In this document: in pieces, positions 9,930 through 22,546 of the stretch
How positions within the stretch are numbered: the stretch's first letter is position 1
How the letters are laid out: each line of letters opens with the position of its first letter
Assembly: GCA_010093705.1 (NCBI GenBank)
Contig: MU006091.1
Location: forward strand, 1-64,000
DNA: 64,000 nt
Source of the DNA: Patellaria atrata CBS 101060
Taxonomy: Eukaryota
Reading direction: 5' to 3'
The notes under the pieces: model-generated
What the model was told of the DNA's origin: nothing
The model's database searches: none
The model's input: only the letters and a program-made list of their open reading frames with translations
Program-made: the position numbers and the translations under genes

Positions 9930-10571
9930 TCACAACCTAGCTCTTTCCATAACTTCAGCTGGCTTTGACCTCCAGCTTGTGCCATCACCGGTCACAGCTT
10001 CTGCATTTCTTTCTAAAGTTTCTGCCTCCTCCATAACAGTGAATATGTCCACGCTCGGTTCTCTCCACGCATGCCTTCGACCTGACAACGTCCGACTAGC
10101 TCTCATTCTCTTCTGACCCTTCTGCTCCGCAAGGATTTCTTGTGCTCGCCCTCGAGTCGGCTCATGAGGTGCTGTGACCGTAATGGACGGTACACGAATA
10201 ACAGTTTTGTAGTTTTGTTGATGATGCTTTGGAGCATGATAATGCTGATGAAGTACTCGGTGGTGCTTGGCAACATAACGAGCCCACTTCTTAGAGATAG
10301 ATGCCTTGAACTTTCGGGCTTTGCTCGCGCGGGGCGTCTCATTCAAGATAATGCCTGCGGAGAACTGGAAAGAATCAAATGGATCGTCCTCCTCAGTGAC
10401 AGGGGTTAGGAAGTGCGAGAAGGGATCTTCATCGATGTCTTCCAAGTCTTGTTGCTTAGATTGGGTCAAATGCCGAATGTCTAATAGATGTAGGTTTGGT
10501 GGCCATGAATATGTCCTCTGGTGATGCTTAGGTACGGCAGACTGAGGAGATAGGGTGGCAAAAGACGGCAT
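9930..10571 (-). CDS. Hypothetical protein (213 aa)
   Basis: Intact ATG ORF with good start context (AAAATG). Acidic EDIDEDPFSHFLTP segment and RTLSGRRHAWREPS segment; function not recognised. Confidence 0.65.
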   Translation of the reverse strand: MPSFATLSPQSAVPKHHQRTYSWPPNLHLLDIRHLTQSKQQDLEDIDEDPFSHFLTPVTEEDDPFDSFQFSAGIILNETPRASKARKFKASISKKWARYVAKHHRVLHQHYHAPKHHQQNYKTVIRVPSITVTAPHEPTRGRAQEILAEQKGQKRMRASRTLSGRRHAWREPSVDIFTVMEEAETLERNAEAVTGDGTSWRSKPAEVMERARL

Positions 10572-11909
10572 TTTCGCTCCACAAGTTATCTTGCTCTCGA
10601 CTTATATATGAAAGGAAGGTATCACTGAATTTGATTCATGCTAGGTAACGACGGTATGCCTTAACAAAACCTCTTGTCTTGGGTCCGGCTCGAGGCCGGT
10701 CGACAGGGAAGGCAGAATAGTATAGAAAGTCAATGAAATACGCCAGATCTCAAAGATATAAGAGCTGTGCGGAGTGAAAGATGGGTGGTAGGAAGGGTGT
10801 GCATGCGGCAGTATATATGTGACTTGGGTGTACGCAAACAGAGCCGCGTGGATCATATGTGGGCCCAAGTATATTGAACATGTGAAGGAGGGTATGAATC
10901 ATAAGGTATGATTAAGACATCGGGTGGCTGCCTTATACAGTACAGCCTCGTTAGGCGATGGAAAATGGACATCGATTTCCTCAATAAGACGGTGTAAAAT
11001 ATGACACTTAGAATACTATGAACACGATGAAAATGAACGATAAGAGCAAATGACAATAATAGTGTATAACCTAAAAGTTGGCAGCTGGCTTATTACGGTA
11101 AGAAGTTCTGTAGGAGCATTATGCACGACACCATTTCGGATGTAGACGGCAAAGCTTAACTCAGCAGCGCCTCGTAAAGTGAGTGTACAGTGAGGAATAT
11201 AAGACACGGAAAGAGGCAAAGATTGACGAATGACTCGCAGTTTTAGAAAATGATGGTTGCTGGTAGGCACACCTGATGGATGGAAATGTAGTGAAAATGG
11301 TGTGCTGAGGTCACACGCTGACCACGATTTATGGTACGCCCTTGCAGCCGCGATTGTGCATCAGCAAGATCTCGCACAACCCGTACGACTACTTACCATC
11401 TGCGAACTCACTGCAATGTCGATCTACCGCGTATCTCAAAATGATGTTCTAATGAGATGTACCTTACGATTGTGTAGTAGAGAGTGTCGTGAGCAAAAGT
11501 GGGATGGGAATAGTTCTACCGTTCTACGGGAGCCCAAGTTTCCAGTTCTACAGTCTTTGTCAGGAAAAGAATTTCTCCAGATGTTTGCTTCAGCTTGATT
11601 TCCTAGTTGTTGGATTTCAGAGTTTGCCATGCGTTTCTAGTTTTGTAGTCCTCCGCGCAAAGCCTCTAGAGAGTTCAATCAAGCATAAGATAGATCGCGA
11701 TGATACCGCATATATATCAAAGTGGATGGTGGAAACCAATAACGTGGTTGGACCTATTACGAATCTGATATGCACCTCACTTCTGATCCTTCTGCCATCA
11801 GAAAAGTTGGCTAGCTAGCTGACCGGCTACATCCGACGTGTCAAGCCGAGTCAGCCATGACAAGAAACCAGGTTGCGGGGATATCAGAGCTCCACGCGTT
11901 CGGACTGAC

Positions 11910-11954
11910 CGTAGTCAGCCCTATCGTAGTCAGCCCTATCGTAGTTAGCCCTAT
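11910..11954. repeat. 15-bp tandem repeat x3 (CGTAGTCAGCCCTAT)
   Basis: Three adjacent copies; the third has one mismatch. Confidence 0.9.
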
Positions 11955-13865
11955 TGGAAGCCTCGAAGTCGTCCTGCTTGAATTTATCCCGGTGAATGGC
12001 TGGATATCTGGTCTAAAACACCATCTTGAGGCTCAAAACTACCATCCCTGAATCTAATCTCTCAGCTATACCTATGTCACATATATCCGATCATGTCGAT
12101 TGCTTGTAAGCTGAAAATGCCTTCATATCATTGAAGAAAGACCTATATAGCCCATGACCACTAGTTGTTCCCAAGGCAATACGCATGAACGCCCAACAGT
12201 CTCCAACGGATCAACACCGCAAGATTCTTTAATACCGTTCCTTTTAAGGCCGTTCGCCTTATGTGGAGCTCTATTCTTCTTCGTCGTACTGATCGCTGTT
12301 CTTCTGCCGTTGGTGCAATTTGACCGGGCAGTAGACGGGCATACTACGGCATGAAAATGTCACGGGCTGCATCGCATCACGTACTTGTTTGTTGTTGAAA
12401 TTGGTGGTCATTTCCAGTTCTCGAATGCGTTGAAGTAATCTTTGAGGGTCTATTCGAAGACGGACAATCTATCAAAGTTAATACCAGAGTATGATGTAGG
12501 AGTCACGCAGTAATGAAGCGAGAAAGATGAATGGTACCAATTTTGGCTTCTTTGGAAGGATTAATCTAAGGCGTTTCTTCTGTGGACTTTCGTCGTTGGA
12601 TTTGAGTCCCGAGCCCTATAGAAAGAATGAGTTCAATTTGTCATCGTGATGGGTGCACCTCCGTTTCTGGTGGTGTGATCGTCATCCATGGGGAAAAGTG
12701 ACGCTTTCAAGATTGGAGACATTGCACGTACCCAAGCCCGCTTCCCAAACGATGAAGACATTGATATCCAAATATAGCTAGAAACTGCTGTGTTATTGGC
12801 CGACTCGGCGTAGAAGTAACTTTATTGATGCTTGGCTGATACGGAAAAGAACACGATGAAATTCTTAGTACTCCAGTGCAGAAAGAACTAAGTAGATATA
12901 GGATGCGGAAGTTGGAAGTGGACAAGGAGACAGCTTAGCAAGTGATATGAGCAACACGGGCGTTTGACTATTGTGAAGTGACAACGATTGTTGCCTTATA
13001 AAGTGAAAAGATATGACAATTCTCGGTCTGAAATTGTCCTTTCTGCTCTGCAAGCTGGCACATTCAACGTGCGCCGCTGTTCCTGTGACTTGATGTGGAG
13101 GACTCTGACGTAGTCCCGCTGACGAATGAGGCAGCACTTCATGACCACTCTCTTATCTAATGAATTGCTTGATGGAAGGACAATATACTTGATCTTGATT
13201 GATAGTGTTGGGTAAGTAACCAAGCGGAATCTGTAAACTGTAAGATGGAATTTTGTATCAGAGATGAATATAAATGGACATCTTCGACATATGTCTCTGT
13301 GAACCAATGTTGATTGTATTTCAAGTAAATTGATGGACTCTCAATATCTGTATCCTCAAGGAGTAGAAGTTCTAAAAAGATATATAAGGTACGGATGCTG
13401 TGAATAAGGTGTTCGGGTGAAGTTGGTGTTCCTGACAGCTCGGCAAAACCGCGGGAAAGCACTTTGTAACTCATCAAGCCCTAACCTAACAAACTTGTGA
13501 GATCAATAACCGGGGGCTTTTTGGGAAAATAAAAAGTGCTCCTTTCCAGCACTCCATAAGTGACATTTTCTACCGCGCGACTGCCTAACAATCATTGAAA
13601 GTTTTCGATTCCCCCCCCAAAACTGGCTTAGCGTAACTCTTTCCGCACCACTTTGCCGCCCCGGACAGATCACACCTGCCCTTCCGCTGCCCTTTATTTA
13701 GAGGCCTCAGTTCCCTCCTCCCCCTCGCATTTTCCCTTTTCTCTCTTTTTCCTTATCTTACCAAACGCTACTGCACCACCGCAAAACTATCCATATTTTC
13801 CATCAACAACACTTGTTTCACACCAGTTTATCATCAACTTCAATCCACTTTCTAACTAATTCATC

Positions 13866-14483
<618 letters not shown>

Positions 14484-14995
14484 AGCGTTCAGCCATACCG
14501 CACGATCTTCAGATGCGAGTTTCCGTCGGCCTGGTTGCTGGTTAAAGTTAGTTCATGTATGAGAGGAATTCATTCTAAGGCGGATTTGTAAAGGGGCGTT
14601 GCGGGGGCTGGGTTACGGTTTTCTTCCTTTTACCCTGGTTGCATGGTCGATGTGTCATGAGATGATGGAAAGGAACTATGGTTGATAAACATATATCATT
14701 TCATGACTATTTTGCCTCTTCGGGGCGCCTGATACGGCTTTCCGTGCTCTCGATGTGTGGTTTGCATTCTGTGAACAAAGTATTCCTCAGATTCAATTCA
14801 TTAACGTGTAAACTTGCTTTTTGGGTCATTTCGCACATGCTATCCTATCCCTATGCATCATATCTTTATTCTATTCCTCGCATCTAATGCACAGCACTAC
14901 ACCATCATCTCCTAACGTATCATCTCCCACAATCCAATTACCACATCATACGGCATCATTCTGTCGTAACTAGAGAGCCGGGAAGGTCCCCTCAC

Positions 14996-17836
14996 CTAAT
15001 CATCTTCGGTCAAGTCGCCATACTCCCACATACCCCTTCTCTCTTTCTTCGCTTCTTCCTCCCTCTTCCTTAACCCCGTCAACGCATCCCCAGCGGCCCT
15101 TTCCCATGCCTTCAGCTTTCTCGGCACCATCGCGAGACCCTCGCCCACAACATCCGCATTTACACTCTGATCGAGATTACTGCTCACCTTGGGATCAAAA
15201 AGCGTAATGTACATCACATTCTCGACCGTAGCCTCAACGTTAGCGACAAGCTGTCGTCCTGCTGCCTGTTGGCTAATGAAGTCAACTGCGTCTGCAGCAT
15301 ACTCGGGCGACGTCGGGAGCTGGATGAACGCGAGCTGCGCATCGACGGCTTGAGGACGCAGCGCTGAAGGCAGGAACTGGGACTGCACGAGTGGGCGTAA
15401 ACGGCTCCAAGGTACGGTTTCTGAGTTGCCGTAGTCGACATACAAGACCTCTGCCTTCTTGTTCTCACGGTCGTTACGGCGGACCTTAGCCCGATACCAT
15501 TCGTCATCCTCGCTGAACTTAGCGGCCACGAAGTCTCCCGCCTTAGGCGGTCCTGGTAGTCCGGTATTGTTGGATGGAGTGAGATGGAACTTGCGGAACG
15601 TAGACATGAGCTCTGTCAAGGCTGAGGTACCGGTTCCGACTAATTGAAGCTTCAAACGGCCTCCCTCATCCACGTGTGTGACAACGACGTCACGGTAGTC
15701 CTTGCGTCGCTGTGTTGGTGCTGAGTCCCCGTTCGCAGCACCGTTGGTGTCGGCAGTAGCGAGTGTTTCGCCGTCCTCTTCTGCCTCCGGAGTCCAGTCG
15801 TGCCACATACCCTTGCGGGCTTCCTTTGCTCGCTTCTCTGCTGCAAATAGCTCATTAGCATTGCCAGATTTCTCGGCGGAGTAGGCATGTACGGAAGCGA
15901 GACCCTCTTCCAGAAGTAACTTTGCGAAGTTCTCGCGGTTGACGTAAAGTGTGCCGATAAACGCCCCTATCTTATCAGTATCTTCAACGTCAACCTCAAT
16001 GTCTCGTTGCAGACATCGTTTGTTCGCAAAGTCGTGAGCTTCCTTTCCAAATGGTTCTGACTTCTCGTTCTCGTTCCTCGCTGACTTGGGGGCACGAATT
16101 CCAGATAGGACAAATGTGAGCTTCGCGTTGTCACGGGGAATAAGAACAGTGAAACGGGATCCAGACTTGACGAAATCGACGATGGCAGGGACTTTCTTCT
16201 GCCTAGAAAGCAAAGAGAGTTGTCTCTTTGCTTTTTCCAGGCTCTCGGAGTAATCCACATTTGGCTTGGCCGCTGGTGGTTTCGCACCCCACATGCCCTT
16301 CCCTTCTTCCTGTGCTTGTTGTTCTGCTTGTAACAGATCGTCATAGATTGGGCTTCTATCTGAATCATCCGCTCTGTGCCTGATGACCGAGGCGAACCCG
16401 TTTTCTACAAGCAATAGCCCGACATTCTTGCCGTTGTGGGAAACGGTAGCCATTTCTCGCTCATCGAAGCCCTCCTGTGCGGGTCGTTTACCATCAACCG
16501 TAAACTTGACATGCTTACCGATGAGCTTCTTGCGAAGGAACTCTTTCGCCTCGGGCACCCAGGGAGCTTGTTTCGGATCGGTAGGTTTCGGTTGCCTAAC
16601 GGAACTGAGATTTATCCTTTTCTCCCCTCCTGCCTTGTTGCGCAGGAATATTGTGTCCGCGCTCTGGACTTTGCTTACAACTGCTTCAATTTCGCCTCCT
16701 GCAGATCGAGGGGCGACATGACCTTTAAAAACGCCGACCCGGTTGTCCTTTGCTACTTTCTCGGCCTGTCGCAATGCGCCCATTTCGGATCCGAGCAGAG
16801 TTGAATGATGATCCGTACATCTAGCCAGACCAGCCTTGAGCAGATACGGGGCGATACTTCCATGTGTTGGATGCTTCACACTGCCCACCAGATGCCCTTG
16901 AGGGCTCACACCAAGAATATCGATTGTGGCATTTCGTTGTAAGAGACGTTGCTCCACAAAAGACTGTGCCTCTTCTCCAAATGGTTCTGCAGGTTGCTCT
17001 TTACCGTCTGAGGGGTTTGTACGCTTCGTAGCCGGCGTACGGACTCCAGCAATGAGCAATACGGTTTGGACATGTTTTGTAGGCGTCTGTACAAGACGAA
17101 CGATAAGACGATCGCCGCTGAGCACCTTCTCAACAATAGCTGTATAGAGTGAGCACCGATTCAATCATATCATTCATTCTGAGCACATACCATCCATAGC
17201 TTTACCTTTCACCTCATCCGCAAATACTTTCGCGTCCAGAACCTCGTAGATACACTCGATTCTATCGCTACTCTCTGTCCACAATCCTTTCGAGTCTGCC
17301 TTTGCTCTGGCCTCTGCGGCCTGAAGCTTCTCCAAGAAAGAAACAGCATCCTCGGAGTCGTCCTTCCTTCCGGCATCATCTCTGACCTTGAGCCAACCTT
17401 CAGCAACAGCAACCTCGGGTAATTGCTTGTTACTGCCAGGTAGACTTATGATACCATACTCTCGCTTGGCTCCTGTTGGAATGGTGTAGATGACCCTGAA
17501 CTGGACAACTCGTCCTACTAAGAGACGGCGGAGGAAATCGCGGGATTCGAAGGCGAAGGGCTATATACAGATTAACCGTTAGCGATATTTCACCCATAGA
17601 TAAACGAGATATTCCAATGTCTTGCTTAGCTACTCATATAGCTAACTTATTATGTTGTACCAAGTAATCATACTAGGAACCGGATCCGTACTAACCTCAT
17701 CACCCTCTCGCCGAAGTCGTGGTGCAGAGACATAAGCAAGACTCAATGTTCTCTCTTGTTTTGGATTGTTGAGGTTGTGGAGGATAAGTGTGTCGCCTGA
17801 TAGCACGCTCTTGACCTTTGCTTCCATAAGAGCCAT
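14996..17836 (-). CDS. SND1: Tudor staphylococcal nuclease (SND1/p100)
   Basis: MALMEAKVKSVLSGDTL.., repeated SNase domains (EPFG..A..F..KRLLQR), Tudor (DDEWYRAKVRR..YVDYGNSE) and C-terminal RGMWEYGDLTEDD. Two 5' introns. Confidence 0.95.
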
Positions 17837-18527
17837 GATAAATGTGTGTGATAAATATTTATCTTACTAGAGTGTTTTGATATATATGGTTAGCAGCGTT
17901 TTCTTTCCTAATAATAATGAGATAGAAGCTCTTACGAACGAAATTTGTCAGGGTGTACAGCTAATTAAGGGAGACTTTGAATATCCAGAACCAATTGCGC
18001 CGGTGCTGATGCGAGGATACAAATGAGTTTTGTACACGAGCAGAAGAGTTTTTGGAGTATAGTACCTATAGTGGTGTTAATGCAATGATGTGCGATGGTC
18101 AAAAGTTGTTGAAGTTGCAAAATGTGGGGAAGGTGGCATCACAGGAAGCGAGGATCAAAATGCGGGACCAGATTGCGGTGAATTGAGCCCGGACAGCATC
18201 ACCAACCCAAGGTACGTACAGGACCATCTATCATAAATAGAAATATTAAAGGCACATCGCTCGTAACGTTAGGACATTATTTCATTGACTCTTCCCACTT
18301 CGGACTCCCATGTACTGTACTGTACTCCGTACAAAGTACTGTACCGCAAGCAGGGAGATGCAATAAAATTCACTAATCGTATAGCAATATCTTGTTCTAT
18401 GATTGATTGTAAGCTATCTAACTATCTGTACTAGCTTTTCCGGCCGTGTAGCCTTCATAGGGCGCATTAATCGGTTATAGAGGTCCTGATGATGGGGTTG
18501 TCTGTTAAATTTTTGATCGTTGTCTCT

Positions 18528-19470
18528 TTATGCAGAGATACCGATCACTCCTGATATGGTATCAGCATTCCGAAGAAAATTGGTCGGGAACCCGATAGAC
18601 TTACCGCAGGCCGGGCGAGCACCGGCATTGCCGGTCTTCTTTGATTCTTCATGTCCACCCTTACCAAGGTCGTCGGTACCTGCGTGGATAACGACGGTGC
18701 GCTAGCGCTGTTAGACCAAGCTCTCTCTCTGCTTGATATATCACTTACACCAATGACGCTCTCCGGACCAACCAACTTGATCAGCCTATCTGTCAATGAA
18801 CCCTGGGAATTGCCCTGCCCATCTGTCCTAAAGTTGCCTAAATCACCTACGTGGCGTACCTCGTCAGAGGGAGCACCATGTTCCTTGCCGTGAGGGTTGA
18901 CTGATGTCGCAGGTTAGCTTCGGGGAGTAGTCAGGAACGTATGGGCATAGAGCTTACAATGAGGACCAGCTGATGTGCAACCGTTGGTGTTATCGCCATA
19001 GGCATGGATGTGCCAGCCACGCTCAGCGTTAGCATCATGACCGGAGATGTTCCAAGAGACCGTCGTTGGCGAGGATTCACTCTCCTGCTCGAAGGTGACG
19101 GTACCCTTGACATTGGAGTCACCGCGGACGACTGCGACTGTACCAGCGTCAATGATTTGTTATGGAACATCTAAAATGAAAAATAATTGAATAGGGAAAA
19201 GGGACTGGGTGGGACAAGCTGTCTGAGTGATCGCAGGGGCGTTTTGGGTATTCATGCCATCAAGGTATCAAACATTGGGTACAGAAAGGTCCCAATCGAG
19301 TAACTGTCACTTCTGTATCTGTCGTGACAGGCAAATCCTCTGGCCCAAAGCAATGAAAACATGCTCAAATTGCTCAATCACCCTCAGCATGACCCCACCC
19401 TTGTCCCCATCAAGGTAGCGGCATTATCAGGATAGGACTAGTTGGAAGTAAACTTACCTGCTTTGACCAT
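18528..19470 (-). CDS. SOD1: Cu/Zn superoxide dismutase
   Basis: [81 protein letters not shown]. Multi-intron; first intron ~19457-19139. Confidence 0.96.
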
Positions 19471-19939
19471 TGTGGCGGTTTTTGGTTCTGTTATTTTGGT
19501 TTGATATCCAAATGGATGAATTTCTGACAGTTTGTGAAGCTTTTCGAAGGAAAATCTGAAGGGAGAAGTTCGCAGAGTTTGTATCGGAGAAAGCGGGACC
19601 TTGGGACGGGACTACCTATGTCACAACGATGATGACACCGAGCGGGGTTTTGTCCCTAGCCACCGAGCCAATTGGATCACCGTAAATCCCAATACCTTGC
19701 AAAATCAGACCTACCTCAGGTATTACTAAGCACAAGGCCGGAATTTGAGGTTGCTGCTACGGTACATGTTTTCAATTGCACCAAAAAAGAGGATAGCATA
19801 TAGCAGGGCTTATACATAAAGTCGTTTTGCTATTCCATAAACTAACCGAACCTATATAGGGGTATGAATCTGCTATAATTCGGTACGTACCGGGTCGGGG
19901 ACAAATACACGACTTCACCCCTTTTCACTACGTTTCCGT

Positions 19940-21146
19940 TCATGCCTTCTCAAGCTTCTCCTTAAGGATACCCTTGAGGGTAACAGCATCCGCTGCAAAC
20001 TTGGAGATACCCTCTCGGAGCTTCTCAACAGCCATTTGGTCCTCGTTGAAGTCGAAGCGGAAATCAGCCTCATTGCTAATATAACTCTTCTTCTCAATGT
20101 CCAGTGAGCTTGCACCTGATGCATCGAGCTTCTGGGGAACGCTATCGGTCGAGTTGTAAAGATCCTCAAGGAGGTTGGGCTATTCTCAATCAGTACCTTC
20201 CGCATTCCCGGACGAAGATTAAAAAGGTTTCCTTACAGAGATAGTAAGATAATCGCATCCCGCAAGCTCGGTAATCTCACCAACATTCCTGAACGACGCA
20301 CCCATAACGATGGTCTTGTAACCGTACTTCTTGTAGTAGTTGAAGATACTCTGGACGCTCTTCACGCCAGGGTCTTCATGGGCAGCGTATTCCTTCTTGT
20401 GTGCGGCCTTATACCAATCAAGAATACGACCGACGAAAGGAGAGATCAGGAAGGCATTGGCCTCGGCGGCGGCAATCGCTTGGGGCAGAGAAAACATCAG
20501 GGTGAGGTTGCAGTTTATACCATAGTCCTTTTGGAGCGTCTCCGCGGCTTTGATACCCTCCCAGGTCGAGGCAAGCTTGATAAGGACTCTGCTCTTATCG
20601 ATACCGACCTCTTTGTAAAGCTGGATAATATAAGCATTTGGTCAAGCTGAGCTCCTTAAGTGCAGACATACTTCAATGATATGCAAGGCCTTGTCAATTG
20701 ACTTCTGATAGTCGAAGGAGAAACGGGCATCCACCTCGGTGGAGACCTTTCCGGGAACAATTTCCAAAATCTTCTTGCCGAATTGTACCAAAAGATTATC
20801 TAGAGTCGCGTCGACCTGCTCATCGAGGTCTTTCCCATGAGACTTGCCATATACAACAGCATCGTCAATGAGTTGCGCATAAGCGGGCTTCTTGGAGGCG
20901 GCGAGAATTAGGGAGGGGTTCGTCGTGGCATCTTGGGGCTTGTACTTCGCGATGGTTGCGAAGTCACCAGAGTCGCAGACCACAGTCTATCGAATTTGTT
21001 AAGTCAGTATCAATCCAGCAAAAGCAATTGTCGGAATAATTTGAGTCGATGATAGCGCTTCTCCGGGAGTCCGCGGGGTAATTGCGCAGTGGCGGGAATG
21101 TACTCACTGTACCAGTGGCTTTCAATTGATCCAAGGAGCTCGTCAT
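19940..21146 (-). CDS. TAL1: Transaldolase
   Basis: [59 protein letters not shown]; three introns. Confidence 0.96.
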
Positions 21147-21611
21147 GATGAAGAATTTAGTGGTTTGTAATGTGTAGGAAAGTTAAATTGAATTGTTGAA
21201 GATGAGTATGAGGAAAAAAGGAAAAGGATTAGAGATGAAGGAAGAAGAGGAGTCAGAAGAATGGTTTTAGGGCGTTGGGAAGAAAAAGACCCTTGTGACG
21301 AAGGGTGGGGTGGAATGGACGGATTCGATAGGGCAGCGGTCAAACGCCACCCGACGACGGGCTTTCTTGTCAGCAATTCAATTCAGCATGGATTTTAGGT
21401 TGTTCATCAGCGTTTTGGAACGATCGCCAGAGGAGACGTGAGTACTAGAGAGTAGAGATAGGGACGAAAATCTGCCGTATACTGTTGAAACGCTTTCCTT
21501 TTTTTCTCCGCAAAGTGTGCCATACGGACTGACTCAACGTTGCTCCGCCCTATTCGTCTCCAAGAAGCCGGACTAATTCTTTGTTTGTAACCTGCATATG
21601 CAGCATGGATA

Positions 21612-21783
21612 CAGCACCCGATTTTCTACGGTCGTTAACGCATCCTACAGGCACGGTTCAGTGCAAAGATACAGCCAGTTATTCATTCAGAACGTTCTCT
21701 ATCTTGATACCGGATTGGCTTTAATTCTGAAACGAAGACGTGATTAGACGGGAACGCTAACGACCGTAGAAAATCGAGTGCTG
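21612..21783. mobile_element. MITE (Tc1/mariner-pogo type), 172 bp
   Basis: ~29-bp TIRs CAGCACCCGATTTTCTACGGTCGTTAACG / CGCTAACGACCGTAGAAAATCGAGTGCTG (2 mismatches), flanked by TA at 21610-21611 and 21784-21785. Confidence 0.85.
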
Positions 21784-22546
21784 TATGTCAGTCTAAAACG
21801 CACCAAGTGCTTATAAAAAGCACCCTTTGTTCAAGTTGACAACGGCTAATACCAAACTTTGCTAACATGGAAGAGCTCCGGTGGCCGAACGCGGTTGGAA
21901 GAGGTTCCAGGTTCAGGAAGAAAAGGGTTCGAATATTCGGACACTTCTCCCGTCTTTATTCTTTGCGTAGGTTTTTCCAAAAGCTGCAGAACATGGATGA
22001 CCGGATGACTTTGCATCTCTGTTTGGATTCCGGTAGTTGTTCCCGACACTCTCCTCGAGATATGGATAGAGACCTTTATTTATAGTCTTCCGCTTTTGAA
22101 GGCACCACGGGGTATCCAAAGCATGGCCCTTGAACATAAATCCGGTCACATCTGTAGTATGAATAGTCAATCGAATAACAAAACTAGTTCGAAACATTTA
22201 GTACTATAAAACAAGATGATAGAGCTAAAACGCTCGATGCACGAGACAGAATAGCTGATGTTGACGATCACCTCGTTGTTGTCTTGCGGGATTAGGAAAG
22301 CGCAATACACGTTGGTGTACCAGAAGTCAAGTGTACCTGATACGATGGGGATATAATGGATGTTTGGCTGTAAGGTAGGGAGTACGTGGAAAGTAGGTAG
22401 TGGTAGGGTTCCTTCTAGAGTTCAATCGGAAAGGGTCTAGCTTGACCGAAAAAGAGCCAAGCGAAAAGTCACGATCTCAAGCAAAACCCTTGCATGACGT
22501 AGATCCTCAACTGAAGTTTAATTCTTCGACATCGATAGCCAATTCC

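Noticed and set aside
11910..11954. Tandem repeat as a CRISPR array
   Set aside because: No spacers, only 15-bp units, and the context is eukaryotic.
12154..12800. Possible DUF3433-like membrane protein remnant (IPFLLRPFALCGALFFF..)
   Set aside because: One hydrophobic segment only; no convincing continuation in any frame.
21846..22197. Short overlapping ORFs between TAL1 and the AVT3-like gene
   Set aside because: No recognisable motifs or splice-consistent model.
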